A DNA stretch of 64,000 nt, taken from positions 864,508 to 928,507 of the forward strand of contig OZ252225.1 of the NCBI GenBank assembly GCA_965249315.1. The letters are read 5' to 3'. Shown here one piece after another: positions 40,539 to 49,202 of this stretch; the stretch's first letter is position 1, and each line of letters begins with the position of its first letter. The position numbers were made by a program, and so were the translations under genes. The notes beneath the pieces were generated by a model. That model saw only the letters and a list, made by a program, of their open reading frames with translations. It was not told where the DNA came from and made no database searches. This DNA is from Dehalococcoidia bacterium. GTDB lineage: Bacteria > Chloroflexota > Dehalococcoidia > Lucifugimonadales > UBA1127.

Positions 40539-40567
40539 AGCTTAGCAGGGGCCCTATAGCGTGTCAA
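40539..40567 (-). promoter_or_regulatory. Sigma70-type promoter for the hopanoid operon (TTGACA-N17-TAAGCT)
   Basis: The minus strand reads acaaTTGACAcgctatagggcccctgcTAAGCTgatacc. The -35 is at 40567-40562 and the -10 at 40544-40539, about 45 nt upstream of GTG 40495. Confidence 0.45.
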
Positions 40568-40607
40568 TTGTAGCGGTTCAGCCGCTTACGAATGCGATCG
40601 AGTGCGC

Positions 40608-40638
40608 TTGACAGAACACGGTGGAGACTAGCTACAAT
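40608..40638 (+). promoter_or_regulatory. Sigma70-type promoter for pckA (TTGACA-N19-TACAAT)
   Basis: gcgcTTGACAgaacacggtggagactagcTACAATgccc. The hexamers are at or near consensus, but the 19-nt spacer is long. Confidence 0.4.
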
Positions 40639-40643
40639 GCCCC

Positions 40644-40690
40644 TACCGCACCCTCTCCAAGTGGGCAGGTCCCTCTCTGTGGGTGCGGTA
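40644..40690 (+). promoter_or_regulatory. 5'-proximal 10-bp perfect stem in the pckA leader
   Basis: TACCGCACCC (40644-40653) pairs with GGGTGCGGTA (40681-40690) across a 27-nt loop. The left arm starts about 6 nt after the predicted -10, at the expected 5' end of the mRNA. Confidence 0.4.
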
Positions 40691-40735
40691 CGTGTGTCCC
40701 GAAAACTTGAGGAGGTGGCGGGAAGGAGCACCATT

Positions 40736-42286
40736 ATGGCAACTCGTTCAGCCTTTACGCATCTCCCCACGGCAAGAGGGGTCCTGGAAAACCCAAGCCC
40801 GGAGGAGCTCTTGCAGCTCACGGGGGCGATGCCCAACGCGCAGAGGACCGCCTTTGGCAACTACAACGTACAGACCCGGGTGGACGCGCGAAGCGCCCGG
40901 AGCACCTACGTGGTTTCCGATGATCCGCACATGTACGAGGGCCAGCAGGTGATCTCCCGCGCCGAGGCCAAACGCCTGGCAGATATCCAGGACGCGTACA
41001 TTCGAGACCAGGAGATGGTCTTGGTGTCGGGCGCCATCTGCGCCGCGGGGGACCTCATGACCCCGGCGTGCCTCTACATCGAGAAGAGCAACGCCAACGT
41101 GGCGGGGATGCAACGGACCCTCTACTTCAACCCCGGCGACTCCGTGGGCGCCCCGGAGTTCTCCATGATCTACACGCCCAATCTCCCAGCGCCAGGCTAC
41201 CCCAGCGACCGTTGCATCCTGGTTGACCTGGAGACGGGCGTTACCCGAATCATGAACTCCGACTACTTCGGCGAATCGAAAAAGGGCGGCCTGCGCATGT
41301 GGAACCACAAGGCCTACAGCGCGGGCGGCCTTGCACTCCACGCCGGGTGCAAGGTGATCCCCGCCGGAGATGGCGAACGCGTTTTTCTCATCGTGGGCCT
41401 CTCCGGCACCGGCAAGACCACGACGACCTTCACCAACCAGAACGGCTCCCTGCCGGTCCAGGACGACTTCGTTGCGCTCCTCCCCGGAGGCCGCGTCGTG
41501 GCCACGGAGGACGGGTGCTTCGCCAAGACCTACCAGCTCAACCCCAAGTACGAGCCTGTGATCTACCGCGCCGTGACGCTGCCCACCTCCTACCTGGAGA
41601 ACGTCTCGCAGAACGACGCCGGGGAGGTGGATTTCGCCGACGACCACTACACCCAGAACGGCCGGGCCGTCTTTGGCCTGAAGGACCTGGGGTCGTGGAA
41701 GGACGTCCGCGACGTGGGGCCCGTGGACGTTCTCCTCATCCTGAACCGGAACGAGAACATCATTCCGGCGGTGGCCCGGCTCTCTCGAGAACAGGCCGCC
41801 GCCTACTTCATGCTGGGCGAGACCCAGGGGACATCGGCCGGCGGCAAGGACGAGATGGGGAAGTTCCTCCGCGTGCCGGGCACCAACCCCTTCTTCCCGC
41901 TGGCGCATGGCCTGCAGGGCAACCGATTCCTGGAGCTGTGGGAGAGCCACCCATTCGAGGTCTACCTGATGAACACCGGCCGGGTCGGCGGCCCCGATGA
42001 CGACCCCCGAAGCAAGAAGATCAACGTCCTCCAGTCCAGCGCGGTGGTCAGCGGTATCGCCGAGGGCACCATCACCTGGAGCCGGGACCCGGACTTCGGC
42101 TACGAAGTAGCGCAGGAAATCCCGGGGCTCGACGACGTAGAGCTGCTCCAGCCTCGCCGGCTGTACGAGCGCCAGGGACGCCGCGCCGAGTACGAGGAGA
42201 CCGTTCGACGACTCAAGCAGGAGCGAGTCCAAGAGCTCTCTTCGCACCTAAGCCTGGCTGCGGACATCGTAGCAGCCGTACGATAG
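40736..42286 (+). CDS. pckA: Phosphoenolpyruvate carboxykinase (ATP)
   Basis: Kinase-1a GLSGTGKTTT, plus NTGRVGG and the wider ATP-PEPCK pattern. Start at ATG 40736 (GGAAGGAG SD 7 nt upstream). The track start 40592 lies upstream of the predicted promoter. Confidence 0.93.
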   Translation: MATRSAFTHLPTARGVLENPSPEELLQLTGAMPNAQRTAFGNYNVQTRVDARSARSTYVVSDDPHMYEGQQVISRAEAKRLADIQDAYIRDQEMVLVSGAICAAGDLMTPACLYIEKSNANVAGMQRTLYFNPGDSVGAPEFSMIYTPNLPAPGYPSDRCILVDLETGVTRIMNSDYFGESKKGGLRMWNHKAYSAGGLALHAGCKVIPAGDGERVFLIVGLSGTGKTTTTFTNQNGSLPVQDDFVALLPGGRVVATEDGCFAKTYQLNPKYEPVIYRAVTLPTSYLENVSQNDAGEVDFADDHYTQNGRAVFGLKDLGSWKDVRDVGPVDVLLILNRNENIIPAVARLSREQAAAYFMLGETQGTSAGGKDEMGKFLRVPGTNPFFPLAHGLQGNRFLELWESHPFEVYLMNTGRVGGPDDDPRSKKINVLQSSAVVSGIAEGTITWSRDPDFGYEVAQEIPGLDDVELLQPRRLYERQGRRAEYEETVRRLKQERVQELSSHLSLAADIVAAVR

Positions 42287-42304
42287 ACCCGTTCAGACCT
42301 TGAG

Positions 42305-42339
42305 GAAGGGGAGGAGAGCGGCAGGCTCTGCTCCCCTTC
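42305..42339 (+). terminator. Stem-loop terminator candidate after pckA
   Basis: GAAGGGGAGGAGAGC-ggcag-GCTCTGCTCCCCTTC forms a 15-bp stem with one mismatch, 19 nt after the pckA stop, followed by TCTT (a weak U-tract). Confidence 0.5.
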
Positions 42340-42392
42340 TCTTGCCCGGCAAGCCTGTACAATAGCTCCCATCCGAAGCAGGAGCAGACGCG

Positions 42393-43379
42393 GTGGAGGC
42401 AAGCAGCACGGGGCGGTCCCTGTTCGTAGGCATGGACCTAGGTGGGACAAAGACGCTGGCTGTCCTCACTGACGCTCACCTCGATGTGATTGGCCAGGAG
42501 ACGGCGCCCACTCCGGCCGACAAGACCCCGGACGAAGTGGTCGCCACCATCGTCGACTTGGCCCAGGCGCTCGTCCGCCAGGCAGGGTTTCAGCCCGACC
42601 AACTGGCGGGGCTGGGGATTGCCTTCGCCGGCCTCTACGACGTTCACCGCGACGTGGTCGACACGGCCCCGAACCTGCCCGGCTGGGAAGGCTACCCCCT
42701 GCGCACAGAGTTGGAAGACAGGCTGGGTGTACCGACGGCGCTGGGAAATGACGTCAGCCTCGCGGCGCTGGCCGAGCACCGCCTTGGAGCCGGCCGAGGC
42801 GTCCGGGACATGCTGTTCGTTGCCGTGGGCACGGGCATCGGCGGCGGGCTGGTCCTGGGCGGACAGCTGTACCAGGGGAAGTCGGGCGTTGCAGGTGAGA
42901 TCGGACACATGGCGTTGGAGTCGGACGGCCCGGTGTGCAACTGCGGGCGGACGGGGTGCCTGGAGGCGCTGGCATCAGGGACCGCCCTGCCCAGGCTGGC
43001 CCAGAGGCGCCTGGATAGCGGCCAAGCCTCCATCCTCACACAGCTCTGCGGCGGAAGCACGGAGACGATGACGGGCGAGATGGTCTTCGAGGCGGCGCGG
43101 CAGGGAGACCAACTGGCGAGTTCGGTGATAGCGGACGCGGCCCGGTCCCTGGGCGCCGGCCTCGCCAACCTGCTCAACCTGCTCAACCCGGATATGATCG
43201 TCATCGGAGGCGGCGTGGCTTCAGAGTGGACCAGCTACGTCGTCCCTGCCATCGAGCACATGGAGCGGACGACGTTCCCCCACGTGGTGAAGGACGTCTC
43301 CGTCGTGCCGTCCCAGCTTGGGGGACTGGCCTCTGCCCTGGGCGCAGTGGCCCTGGCGCAGGAGGGAAGCACGTCCTGA
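42393..43379 (+). CDS. ROK-family glucokinase
   Basis: FVGMDLGGTKT (ATP-binding DxGxT), GIGGGLVLGGQLYQG.SG.AGEIGH, and the ROK zinc motif CNCGRTGCLE. GTG start with an AGGAG SD 8 nt upstream. Confidence 0.8.
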   Translation: MEASSTGRSLFVGMDLGGTKTLAVLTDAHLDVIGQETAPTPADKTPDEVVATIVDLAQALVRQAGFQPDQLAGLGIAFAGLYDVHRDVVDTAPNLPGWEGYPLRTELEDRLGVPTALGNDVSLAALAEHRLGAGRGVRDMLFVAVGTGIGGGLVLGGQLYQGKSGVAGEIGHMALESDGPVCNCGRTGCLEALASGTALPRLAQRRLDSGQASILTQLCGGSTETMTGEMVFEAARQGDQLASSVIADAARSLGAGLANLLNLLNPDMIVIGGGVASEWTSYVVPAIEHMERTTFPHVVKDVSVVPSQLGGLASALGAVALAQEGSTS

Positions 43380-43482
43380 GAGCGACCGCCCCAAGGCTAT
43401 GCCGCAGGGACCCCCTGGCCGTTGAGCAGCCGAGGGTCTCCGTACTATACTCGACTCCTTGGGACAGCCTGGGGGTGATACG

Positions 43483-44574
43483 TTGCAAGCTGTAGTCCTG
43501 GCCGGAGGCCTGGGGACTCGTCTCCACCCCCTGACAGCGACCACACCCAAACCCATGCTGCCCCTGTTGAACCGCCCCTTCCTTGAGTGCCTCCTCAGCC
43601 GCCTGCACGGGCACGGTGTTACCCACGGCCTCCTGACCCTCCACCACCATCCGGAGCAGATTCGGGAGCACTTCGGCGACGGCGCCTCCCTGGGCCTCGC
43701 CCTGGACTACCTCGTGGAGGAGCAGCCGCTGGGCACAGCGGGAGGGGTGAAGGCCCTGGAGGGACTCCTGACGGGCAGCTTCGTGGTGTGCAACGGCGAC
43801 ATCTTCACAGACTTGGACTTGTGCGCGGCGCTGGCCTTCCACCGCCGGAAGCGGGCGCAGGCTACCATCGTGCTCACGCGGGCCGATGACCCCACGGCCT
43901 TCGGCATGGTCGAGACGGACAAAGCGGGGCGGGTCCTCCGATTCGTGGAGAAGCCTGCACCGGAGCGGGTCACCACCCACTGGGTGAACGCCGGGACCTA
44001 CATCCTGGAGCCGGATGTGCTCCGGTACGCTCCCGCGGGGAAGCCCTTCATGTTCGAGGGGGGGCTCTTCCCCCGGCTCCTGGAGGAGGGCGAAGCCGTC
44101 TACGCCTTCCCGTCCGACGCCTACTGGATCGACATGGGCACGCCTGCGGCCTACCTGAGTCTGCACGAGAACCTGCTGCGGGAGAGCGCAGGGGTCGAGC
44201 TCCTTGGTGACCCCGTGCGGCCGGGTCTCTGGGCCGGCCCCTCCTGCCACATCGCCGAGACGGCGACGCTTGAGCCGCCGCTGCTTCTGGGGCCAGGGTG
44301 CGAGATAGCCGCCAACGCCTGCCTTCGGGGGCCGCTGACCCTGGGCGAGGCGTGCACGATGGAGGCAGGCGTCAGCGCGACCAACGCGGTGGTGGGCCGG
44401 CACAGCCGACTCGGCCCCGGCGCCGTGGTGGAGGGCTGCATCCTCGGAGAGGGAGTGGTCCTGGGGCCAGGGGCCCGAGTCGCACCGGGGTGCATGCTCG
44501 GCGACGGCGCGCAGGTCCCGGCGGGCGTGGCCCTTCCGGCCGGCGCGACGCTGCTCCCAGGCGCAACGGCATGA
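43483..44574 (+). CDS. Sugar-1-phosphate nucleotidyltransferase with C-terminal left-handed beta-helix (mannose-1-P guanylyl/glucose-1-P thymidylyl-transferase-like)
   Basis: (M)QAVVLAGGLGTRLHPLTATTPKPMLPL..., then C-terminal hexapeptide-like repeats. I prefer TTG 43483 after GGGGGTGA; the track start is TTG 43459. Confidence 0.8.
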   Translation: MQAVVLAGGLGTRLHPLTATTPKPMLPLLNRPFLECLLSRLHGHGVTHGLLTLHHHPEQIREHFGDGASLGLALDYLVEEQPLGTAGGVKALEGLLTGSFVVCNGDIFTDLDLCAALAFHRRKRAQATIVLTRADDPTAFGMVETDKAGRVLRFVEKPAPERVTTHWVNAGTYILEPDVLRYAPAGKPFMFEGGLFPRLLEEGEAVYAFPSDAYWIDMGTPAAYLSLHENLLRESAGVELLGDPVRPGLWAGPSCHIAETATLEPPLLLGPGCEIAANACLRGPLTLGEACTMEAGVSATNAVVGRHSRLGPGAVVEGCILGEGVVLGPGARVAPGCMLGDGAQVPAGVALPAGATLLPGATA

Positions 44575-44596
44575 CCGCCCGACATCCTGTACCTGG

Positions 44597-45940
44597 ATGC
44601 GAGGCCCCGGCGCCCACGAACCGAGCGTCGCCGTGCTGACGATCGAGGGCATCACAAGGCGGCTGGGCCGGGTCTACTTCGGCTGGTGGATCGTTGTCGC
44701 CGGCATCATCTTCCAGGGCCTCAGCGGGATGGTGTTCATGCACAGCGCCGGGGCCTACTTCGTCCTTCTGCGGGACCAGTTCCAGTGGAGCGGAACCGTC
44801 CTATCCGGCGCCTTCTCCCTCTCCCGCATCGAGAGCGGAATACTGGGGCCTCTTCAGGGCTTGCTCCTGGACAAGGTGGGCCCTAGGGCCGTGGCCCGCA
44901 TCGGCATTCTGCTCTTCGCCCTGGGATTCGTCTTCATGAGCCGGATGGACTCGGTCCTCGAGTTCTACGGCGCCTTCGCCCTAATGGCCCTGGGCTCCGG
45001 GCTTGCAGGCTTTCTCACGCTCACCACCACCATAGTCAACTGGTTCGAGCGGCGACGCGCCCTGGCCGTGGGCCTGGCCACGGCGGGCATGGGACTGGGA
45101 GGCCTGGCCGCGCCGGGGATCGCCTGGGCCCTGACGACCTTCGGGTGGCGGGATACTGCGCTCTTCTCCGGCATCGCCATCGCCTTGGTGGGCCTCCCGC
45201 TGACCCAGCTCTACCGCCGCACCCCGGAGGAGTACGGCTACCAGATCGACGGCGGAGCGCCGCGCTCGCCGCGGGGGCGTGCGGCGCAGACCTCGCCCCA
45301 GCGCCGCTGGGGTGCGGACGTGCGGGCCTTCACCGCACGCGAGGCCATGCGGACCCAGGCGTTCTGGCTCATCTCCCTGGGACACGCCTCATCCCTGCTG
45401 GTGGTCTCAGCGATGATGGTCCACCTGATTCCCCACCTGGTGCAGAGCCTGGACTTCTCCGTGGAGGAAGCCGCGGGCGTGGTGGCGGTGCTCAACGTGA
45501 TGATGATCGTGTGTCAGGTGATGGGGGGCTACGTGGGGGACCGGTTCAACAAGCTGAGAGTGGCGGCCGTTTGCATGCTGCTCCACAGCGTGGCGCTGCT
45601 CATCCTGGCCAACGCCACGGGCGCCGCCATGGCCTATCTCGCCGCGGGGATCCATGGCATGGCGTGGGGGCTCCGAGGGCCGCAGATGACCGCGGTCCGC
45701 GCCGAGTTCTTCGGCCGCACAGCCTTCGGCACCATCATGGGCTTCTCCAACCTCATCATCATGATGGGGATGGTGGCGGGCCCGCTGATCGCCGGCATCC
45801 TGGAGGACAACCGCGGGGACTATAGGTTCGCCTTCACGCTCCTCGCGACTATGACGGCGCTGGGGTCAGGCTTCTTCGCCTTTACCAGGCGTCCGGCAGT
45901 CCCCGCACGGCCCGCAGACGTCGCGACGACACCGTCGTAG
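44597..45940 (+). CDS. MFS transporter (oxalate/formate-antiporter-like family)
   Basis: About 12 hydrophobic segments and an MFS loop-2/3-type motif (GPLQGLLLDKVGPR). High GC3 from ATG 44597 supports that start. Confidence 0.75.
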   Translation: MRGPGAHEPSVAVLTIEGITRRLGRVYFGWWIVVAGIIFQGLSGMVFMHSAGAYFVLLRDQFQWSGTVLSGAFSLSRIESGILGPLQGLLLDKVGPRAVARIGILLFALGFVFMSRMDSVLEFYGAFALMALGSGLAGFLTLTTTIVNWFERRRALAVGLATAGMGLGGLAAPGIAWALTTFGWRDTALFSGIAIALVGLPLTQLYRRTPEEYGYQIDGGAPRSPRGRAAQTSPQRRWGADVRAFTAREAMRTQAFWLISLGHASSLLVVSAMMVHLIPHLVQSLDFSVEEAAGVVAVLNVMMIVCQVMGGYVGDRFNKLRVAAVCMLLHSVALLILANATGAAMAYLAAGIHGMAWGLRGPQMTAVRAEFFGRTAFGTIMGFSNLIIMMGMVAGPLIAGILEDNRGDYRFAFTLLATMTALGSGFFAFTRRPAVPARPADVATTPS

Positions 45941-45965
45941 CGGAGCGCACCTCGCGGCAGCGGCG

Positions 45966-47942
45966 CTAGCTCTCGGCCGCCCCCAGGGCCACGTAGCCCT
46001 GGGCCTCCAGGCCCTGGAACAGCCTCAGGATGTGGCGGGGCTCCAAGTCGAAGTCGAACTCGGCCCCGATGGCCTCCGCGATGTCGTTGACGCTCCGGCG
46101 CCCGTCGATGAAGTTCCACACCTCGTCTCCGATGATGCGCAGCGAGTCGAACTTCATCCTGGGGTCCCGGGCGTGCATCTCCTCAGACATCGCCACCAGC
46201 GTCGGATAGTCCGTGCCCGCCAGACCGGGAGCATCACGCTCTACCAGTCGCCGCGGGACCACCGTGCCGGGGGCGTACTCCTCCTGAGGCTCTGACTCCG
46301 GGAGCCAGCCGAGCACCTGCTCCACCCGCTCCTGGACCTCTCGTTGGACCTGCTCCTGGGTGGCCTTCAGCTCGGGGTGCTGCTGCCGCTCCCCGGAGGA
46401 GGTGAGGTTGAGGGTGGAGGCTACCGCCGCTTGGTCCCGCGCACCGAGGATCTGGACACGACGGCGCACGTGCCCCACCCGCGCATTGCCCCGGCCCTCC
46501 AGGGCGATGCGGCTCAGGCGGAGCTGGCTGCGGATTCCCACCTCCCGCATGATGGCCTGGGCGTCCGCCGGGCCCGCGCCGGCCAGCTCCAGGGCCGCGA
46601 GGGCGTTCACCAGCCCGCAGCGCCGGAACACCATGGGGTCCAGGTTGTCGGCGCTGAGGTAGTCCGTGTGGAAGTAGAGGTCCGGCCAGGACATGAACAG
46701 CGGCGCGGGGATGCCGAAGGCGGGGTAGTACTTGTTGTCGCTCCAGGGGGTGTATGGCAGATCGATGAGGTTGACCAGGGGAATCACATCGTCGGTGCTG
46801 AACACCCAGCGGGTCTCCCGCGGGGCGGACTCGATGAGGCCGACGAAGTAGTCGTTGACGAAGGTGGGCACCGAGTCCGGCGAGTGGTAGTAGAGCAGGG
46901 CGGAGACCAGCTTTCGCTGGTCGTGGCCCACGCTGTCCAGGGCAATGGCGGCGATCGTCCGGTCCGCGTCCTGTCGATGGTGGTGGATGTAGTGCTTGGT
47001 GCCGTGGCCCTCCACGTTTATCAGGAAGCGTATGCTCCGTCTGGGCCGGGGCACCCGACCCTCTGCGATCAGTTCGGCGATGGTCCGGGCAATCTCCACC
47101 TGCAACGCCGGACCCGCGGCGCAGTTGGCCCCGGGCTTGGTCCCCGCCGTGGAGTGCGAGACGAACAGCACGGACTCCTCCGCCCTGTCGGTGCCCGTGA
47201 TCTCGGCGAAGAGGTTCTGCGCCTCCCCGGCAAAGGTCCGCGCGTCGATGCGCGCCCAGACGACCGCTCGGCCCTCGCGGGCCAGGGCCGCCAGCGTCTC
47301 GCCGGCGTGGTAGTTCACCGCAAAGGCCCATGCGCTGGGGCGGTTGCTGGGCATTCGCAGAAGCTGGACGGGGTCCGGCAGCGACTCACGGGTGCGGAAG
47401 GGGGCCGTCTGGTAGAGGAGGTAGTCGGTGATGATGCCCGCGGCCCCGCGCTCCATGGCCAGGTTGGCGGCGTGGGCGAAGCCGTTGGGACGCACCGAAC
47501 TTCGAATCAGGGCCGCCTTCCCGCGGAGGTCGATCCCCTCGTAGTCCTCGGGGCGCTCGCCCGTGCCCACGTCGACCACCTCCACCACGACGCCCTCCTC
47601 AGGCGTGGCGGGAGTCCACCACGGGAGGCAGGAGGGAGCGTCCTCGTAGGAGGTCAACAGCTTGCCCGCAGGCGAGTCCACTCGCAGCTCGGCGCTGATG
47701 GGCTCCCAGGCCAGGGGCATGCTCTGGCTGAGCATCTTTGTCTCGCCGTCCAGGGGATACCGCTCCACCCAGACGCGGTCCAAGCCGCTGGTCCGGAAGC
47801 GCTCTGCGACGTAGTCCGTCGCCCGGTGGTAGCCCGAAGCGCCGGGAGAGCGATAGTAGCGGGTGATCTCCGTGGCGGTCTCCAGGGCCCGGTCCCCTGA
47901 CAGCTCCGTTGCCAGCATGCCTGCAAGTGTTCGACGTTCCAT
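45966..47942 (-). CDS. M28-like aminopeptidase-fold protein (DUF2172/DUF4910-type) with C-terminal winged-helix-like tail
   Basis: 658 aa. The centre has ...VLFVSHSTAGTKPGANCAAGPA...RFLINVEGHG..., resembling the M28 metal-site blocks but apparently degenerate. The C-terminus (DGRRSVNDIAEAIGAEFDFDLEPRHILRLFQGLEAQGYVAL) looks like a wHTH. Its GAGG SD lies inside the last codons of the upstream PTE gene. Confidence 0.6.
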   Translation of the reverse strand: MERRTLAGMLATELSGDRALETATEITRYYRSPGASGYHRATDYVAERFRTSGLDRVWVERYPLDGETKMLSQSMPLAWEPISAELRVDSPAGKLLTSYEDAPSCLPWWTPATPEEGVVVEVVDVGTGERPEDYEGIDLRGKAALIRSSVRPNGFAHAANLAMERGAAGIITDYLLYQTAPFRTRESLPDPVQLLRMPSNRPSAWAFAVNYHAGETLAALAREGRAVVWARIDARTFAGEAQNLFAEITGTDRAEESVLFVSHSTAGTKPGANCAAGPALQVEIARTIAELIAEGRVPRPRRSIRFLINVEGHGTKHYIHHHRQDADRTIAAIALDSVGHDQRKLVSALLYYHSPDSVPTFVNDYFVGLIESAPRETRWVFSTDDVIPLVNLIDLPYTPWSDNKYYPAFGIPAPLFMSWPDLYFHTDYLSADNLDPMVFRRCGLVNALAALELAGAGPADAQAIMREVGIRSQLRLSRIALEGRGNARVGHVRRRVQILGARDQAAVASTLNLTSSGERQQHPELKATQEQVQREVQERVEQVLGWLPESEPQEEYAPGTVVPRRLVERDAPGLAGTDYPTLVAMSEEMHARDPRMKFDSLRIIGDEVWNFIDGRRSVNDIAEAIGAEFDFDLEPRHILRLFQGLEAQGYVALGAAES

Positions 47943-47948
47943 AGCAAT

Positions 47949-49073
47949 CTACCTCGGTTCTACGAATGTGAGGGTGCGCTGGGGGTTCTCGACCACCAGC
48001 GTGTGAATCTGCTCCTCCGTGACTCCCTGGGCCCGCAAGAAGGGCAGAAACTTCTCCAGGATGAACGTGTAGCCCGTCCCGCCATAGGTCTTGAGATCGA
48101 TCTTGGTGTAGACGTCCTGGGCGAGGAGGATGCGGTCCCCATAGCCCGCTTCGATGAGCTTGGGCACAGCCTCGCCCACCAGGATGGTGGTGGAGCCCTG
48201 GGGTTTGGTGGGGCCGGGGCCGCGCACCGGCGGGATGCGGGAGATGGGAGCGCCCACCCGTCCCAGTAGGTCGAACTGGACGTAGCAGCCAAGCTGGAGC
48301 TGCTCGATGAGGAAGGGGATGTCGTCGGCGTAGCCGTCGCTGTGGCCGAAGATGACGCGGTCCATGTTCACGCCCTCTTCGCCCAGCATCGCGGCCACCT
48401 GGAGACGCTCCCGGTCGGTGCCGCCGTAGTGCAGGGAGATTGCAGCGCCCGTGGCCAGGCTGGCCCACGCCGACGCCTTCAGGCTCTTGACCTCGTTGGG
48501 GGTCAGGGGCCCGCCGTTGATCCCCACCTCGCCGATGATGCCCGACCGCACCCCCGTCTCGCCCACGCCCACCGTGATGTCCCGGATGATCTCATCCGCC
48601 AAGTCCTCCGCGGTGCGCTGGTCCATGTCCGGGGGATGGGAGCCCTTGGCGTACCAGCCCGACCCCATGACAATGTTGACGCCGGTGACTGTGGCCACGT
48701 AACGCAGGGCCACCGGGTCGCGGCCGATGCCGATGCTCGTGACGTCGACGATTGCGCCGCCACCCCAGCTCTTGAAGTCGAGCACCTCCTTCACGGCCAC
48801 GTCGACGTCCGCCAGGAGCCAGTTGTCCTTGTTGAGAACGCCGTTCTCTCGGACCAGGTGGACGTTCTCCAGGGTCAGCTTCTGGTCCCAGAAGGCGACC
48901 TCCGTTGCGGGCGTATTGTACGCGGGGCCCGCGGTCAGCCCCCTGGTGAAGTCGATGAAGATGTGCTCGTGCATGACCGTCATGCCCAGGGCCGCGGGGT
49001 CGACGGGCCCGGTGACGGTCATGGCCCTTCCAGTCATTCCCTCGATCGCGGGGCTGTGCGGAACCGTGCTCAT
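47949..49073 (-). CDS. Phosphotriesterase-homology protein (amidohydrolase superfamily, PTE/Php family)
   Basis: GMTVMHEHIFIDF (HxH metal site) and the TIM-barrel hydrolase pattern. ATG 49073 is preceded by GCAGGAGG. The track start 49166 is less likely. Confidence 0.75.
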   Translation of the reverse strand: MSTVPHSPAIEGMTGRAMTVTGPVDPAALGMTVMHEHIFIDFTRGLTAGPAYNTPATEVAFWDQKLTLENVHLVRENGVLNKDNWLLADVDVAVKEVLDFKSWGGGAIVDVTSIGIGRDPVALRYVATVTGVNIVMGSGWYAKGSHPPDMDQRTAEDLADEIIRDITVGVGETGVRSGIIGEVGINGGPLTPNEVKSLKASAWASLATGAAISLHYGGTDRERLQVAAMLGEEGVNMDRVIFGHSDGYADDIPFLIEQLQLGCYVQFDLLGRVGAPISRIPPVRGPGPTKPQGSTTILVGEAVPKLIEAGYGDRILLAQDVYTKIDLKTYGGTGYTFILEKFLPFLRAQGVTEEQIHTLVVENPQRTLTFVEPR

Positions 49074-49202
49074 GCCTGGTACCTCCTGCTCAGGCCTCAT
49101 GTTATACCGAAGGGCGGCGCCATGCAAAGCCGCGACGCGGAGTCCGCAGCAGCGGGATGCCCTCACCGGCCAAGGCCCCTGTTTTCGTCGGAACGAGAGG
49201 GG

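Noticed and set aside
40572-40586. Inverted repeat AGCGG-ttcag-CCGCT centred between the divergent hopanoid and pckA promoters, as a possible shared operator.
   Set aside because: The arms are only 5 bp, a length expected by chance in GC-rich DNA. It is kept only as a note under the promoter finding.
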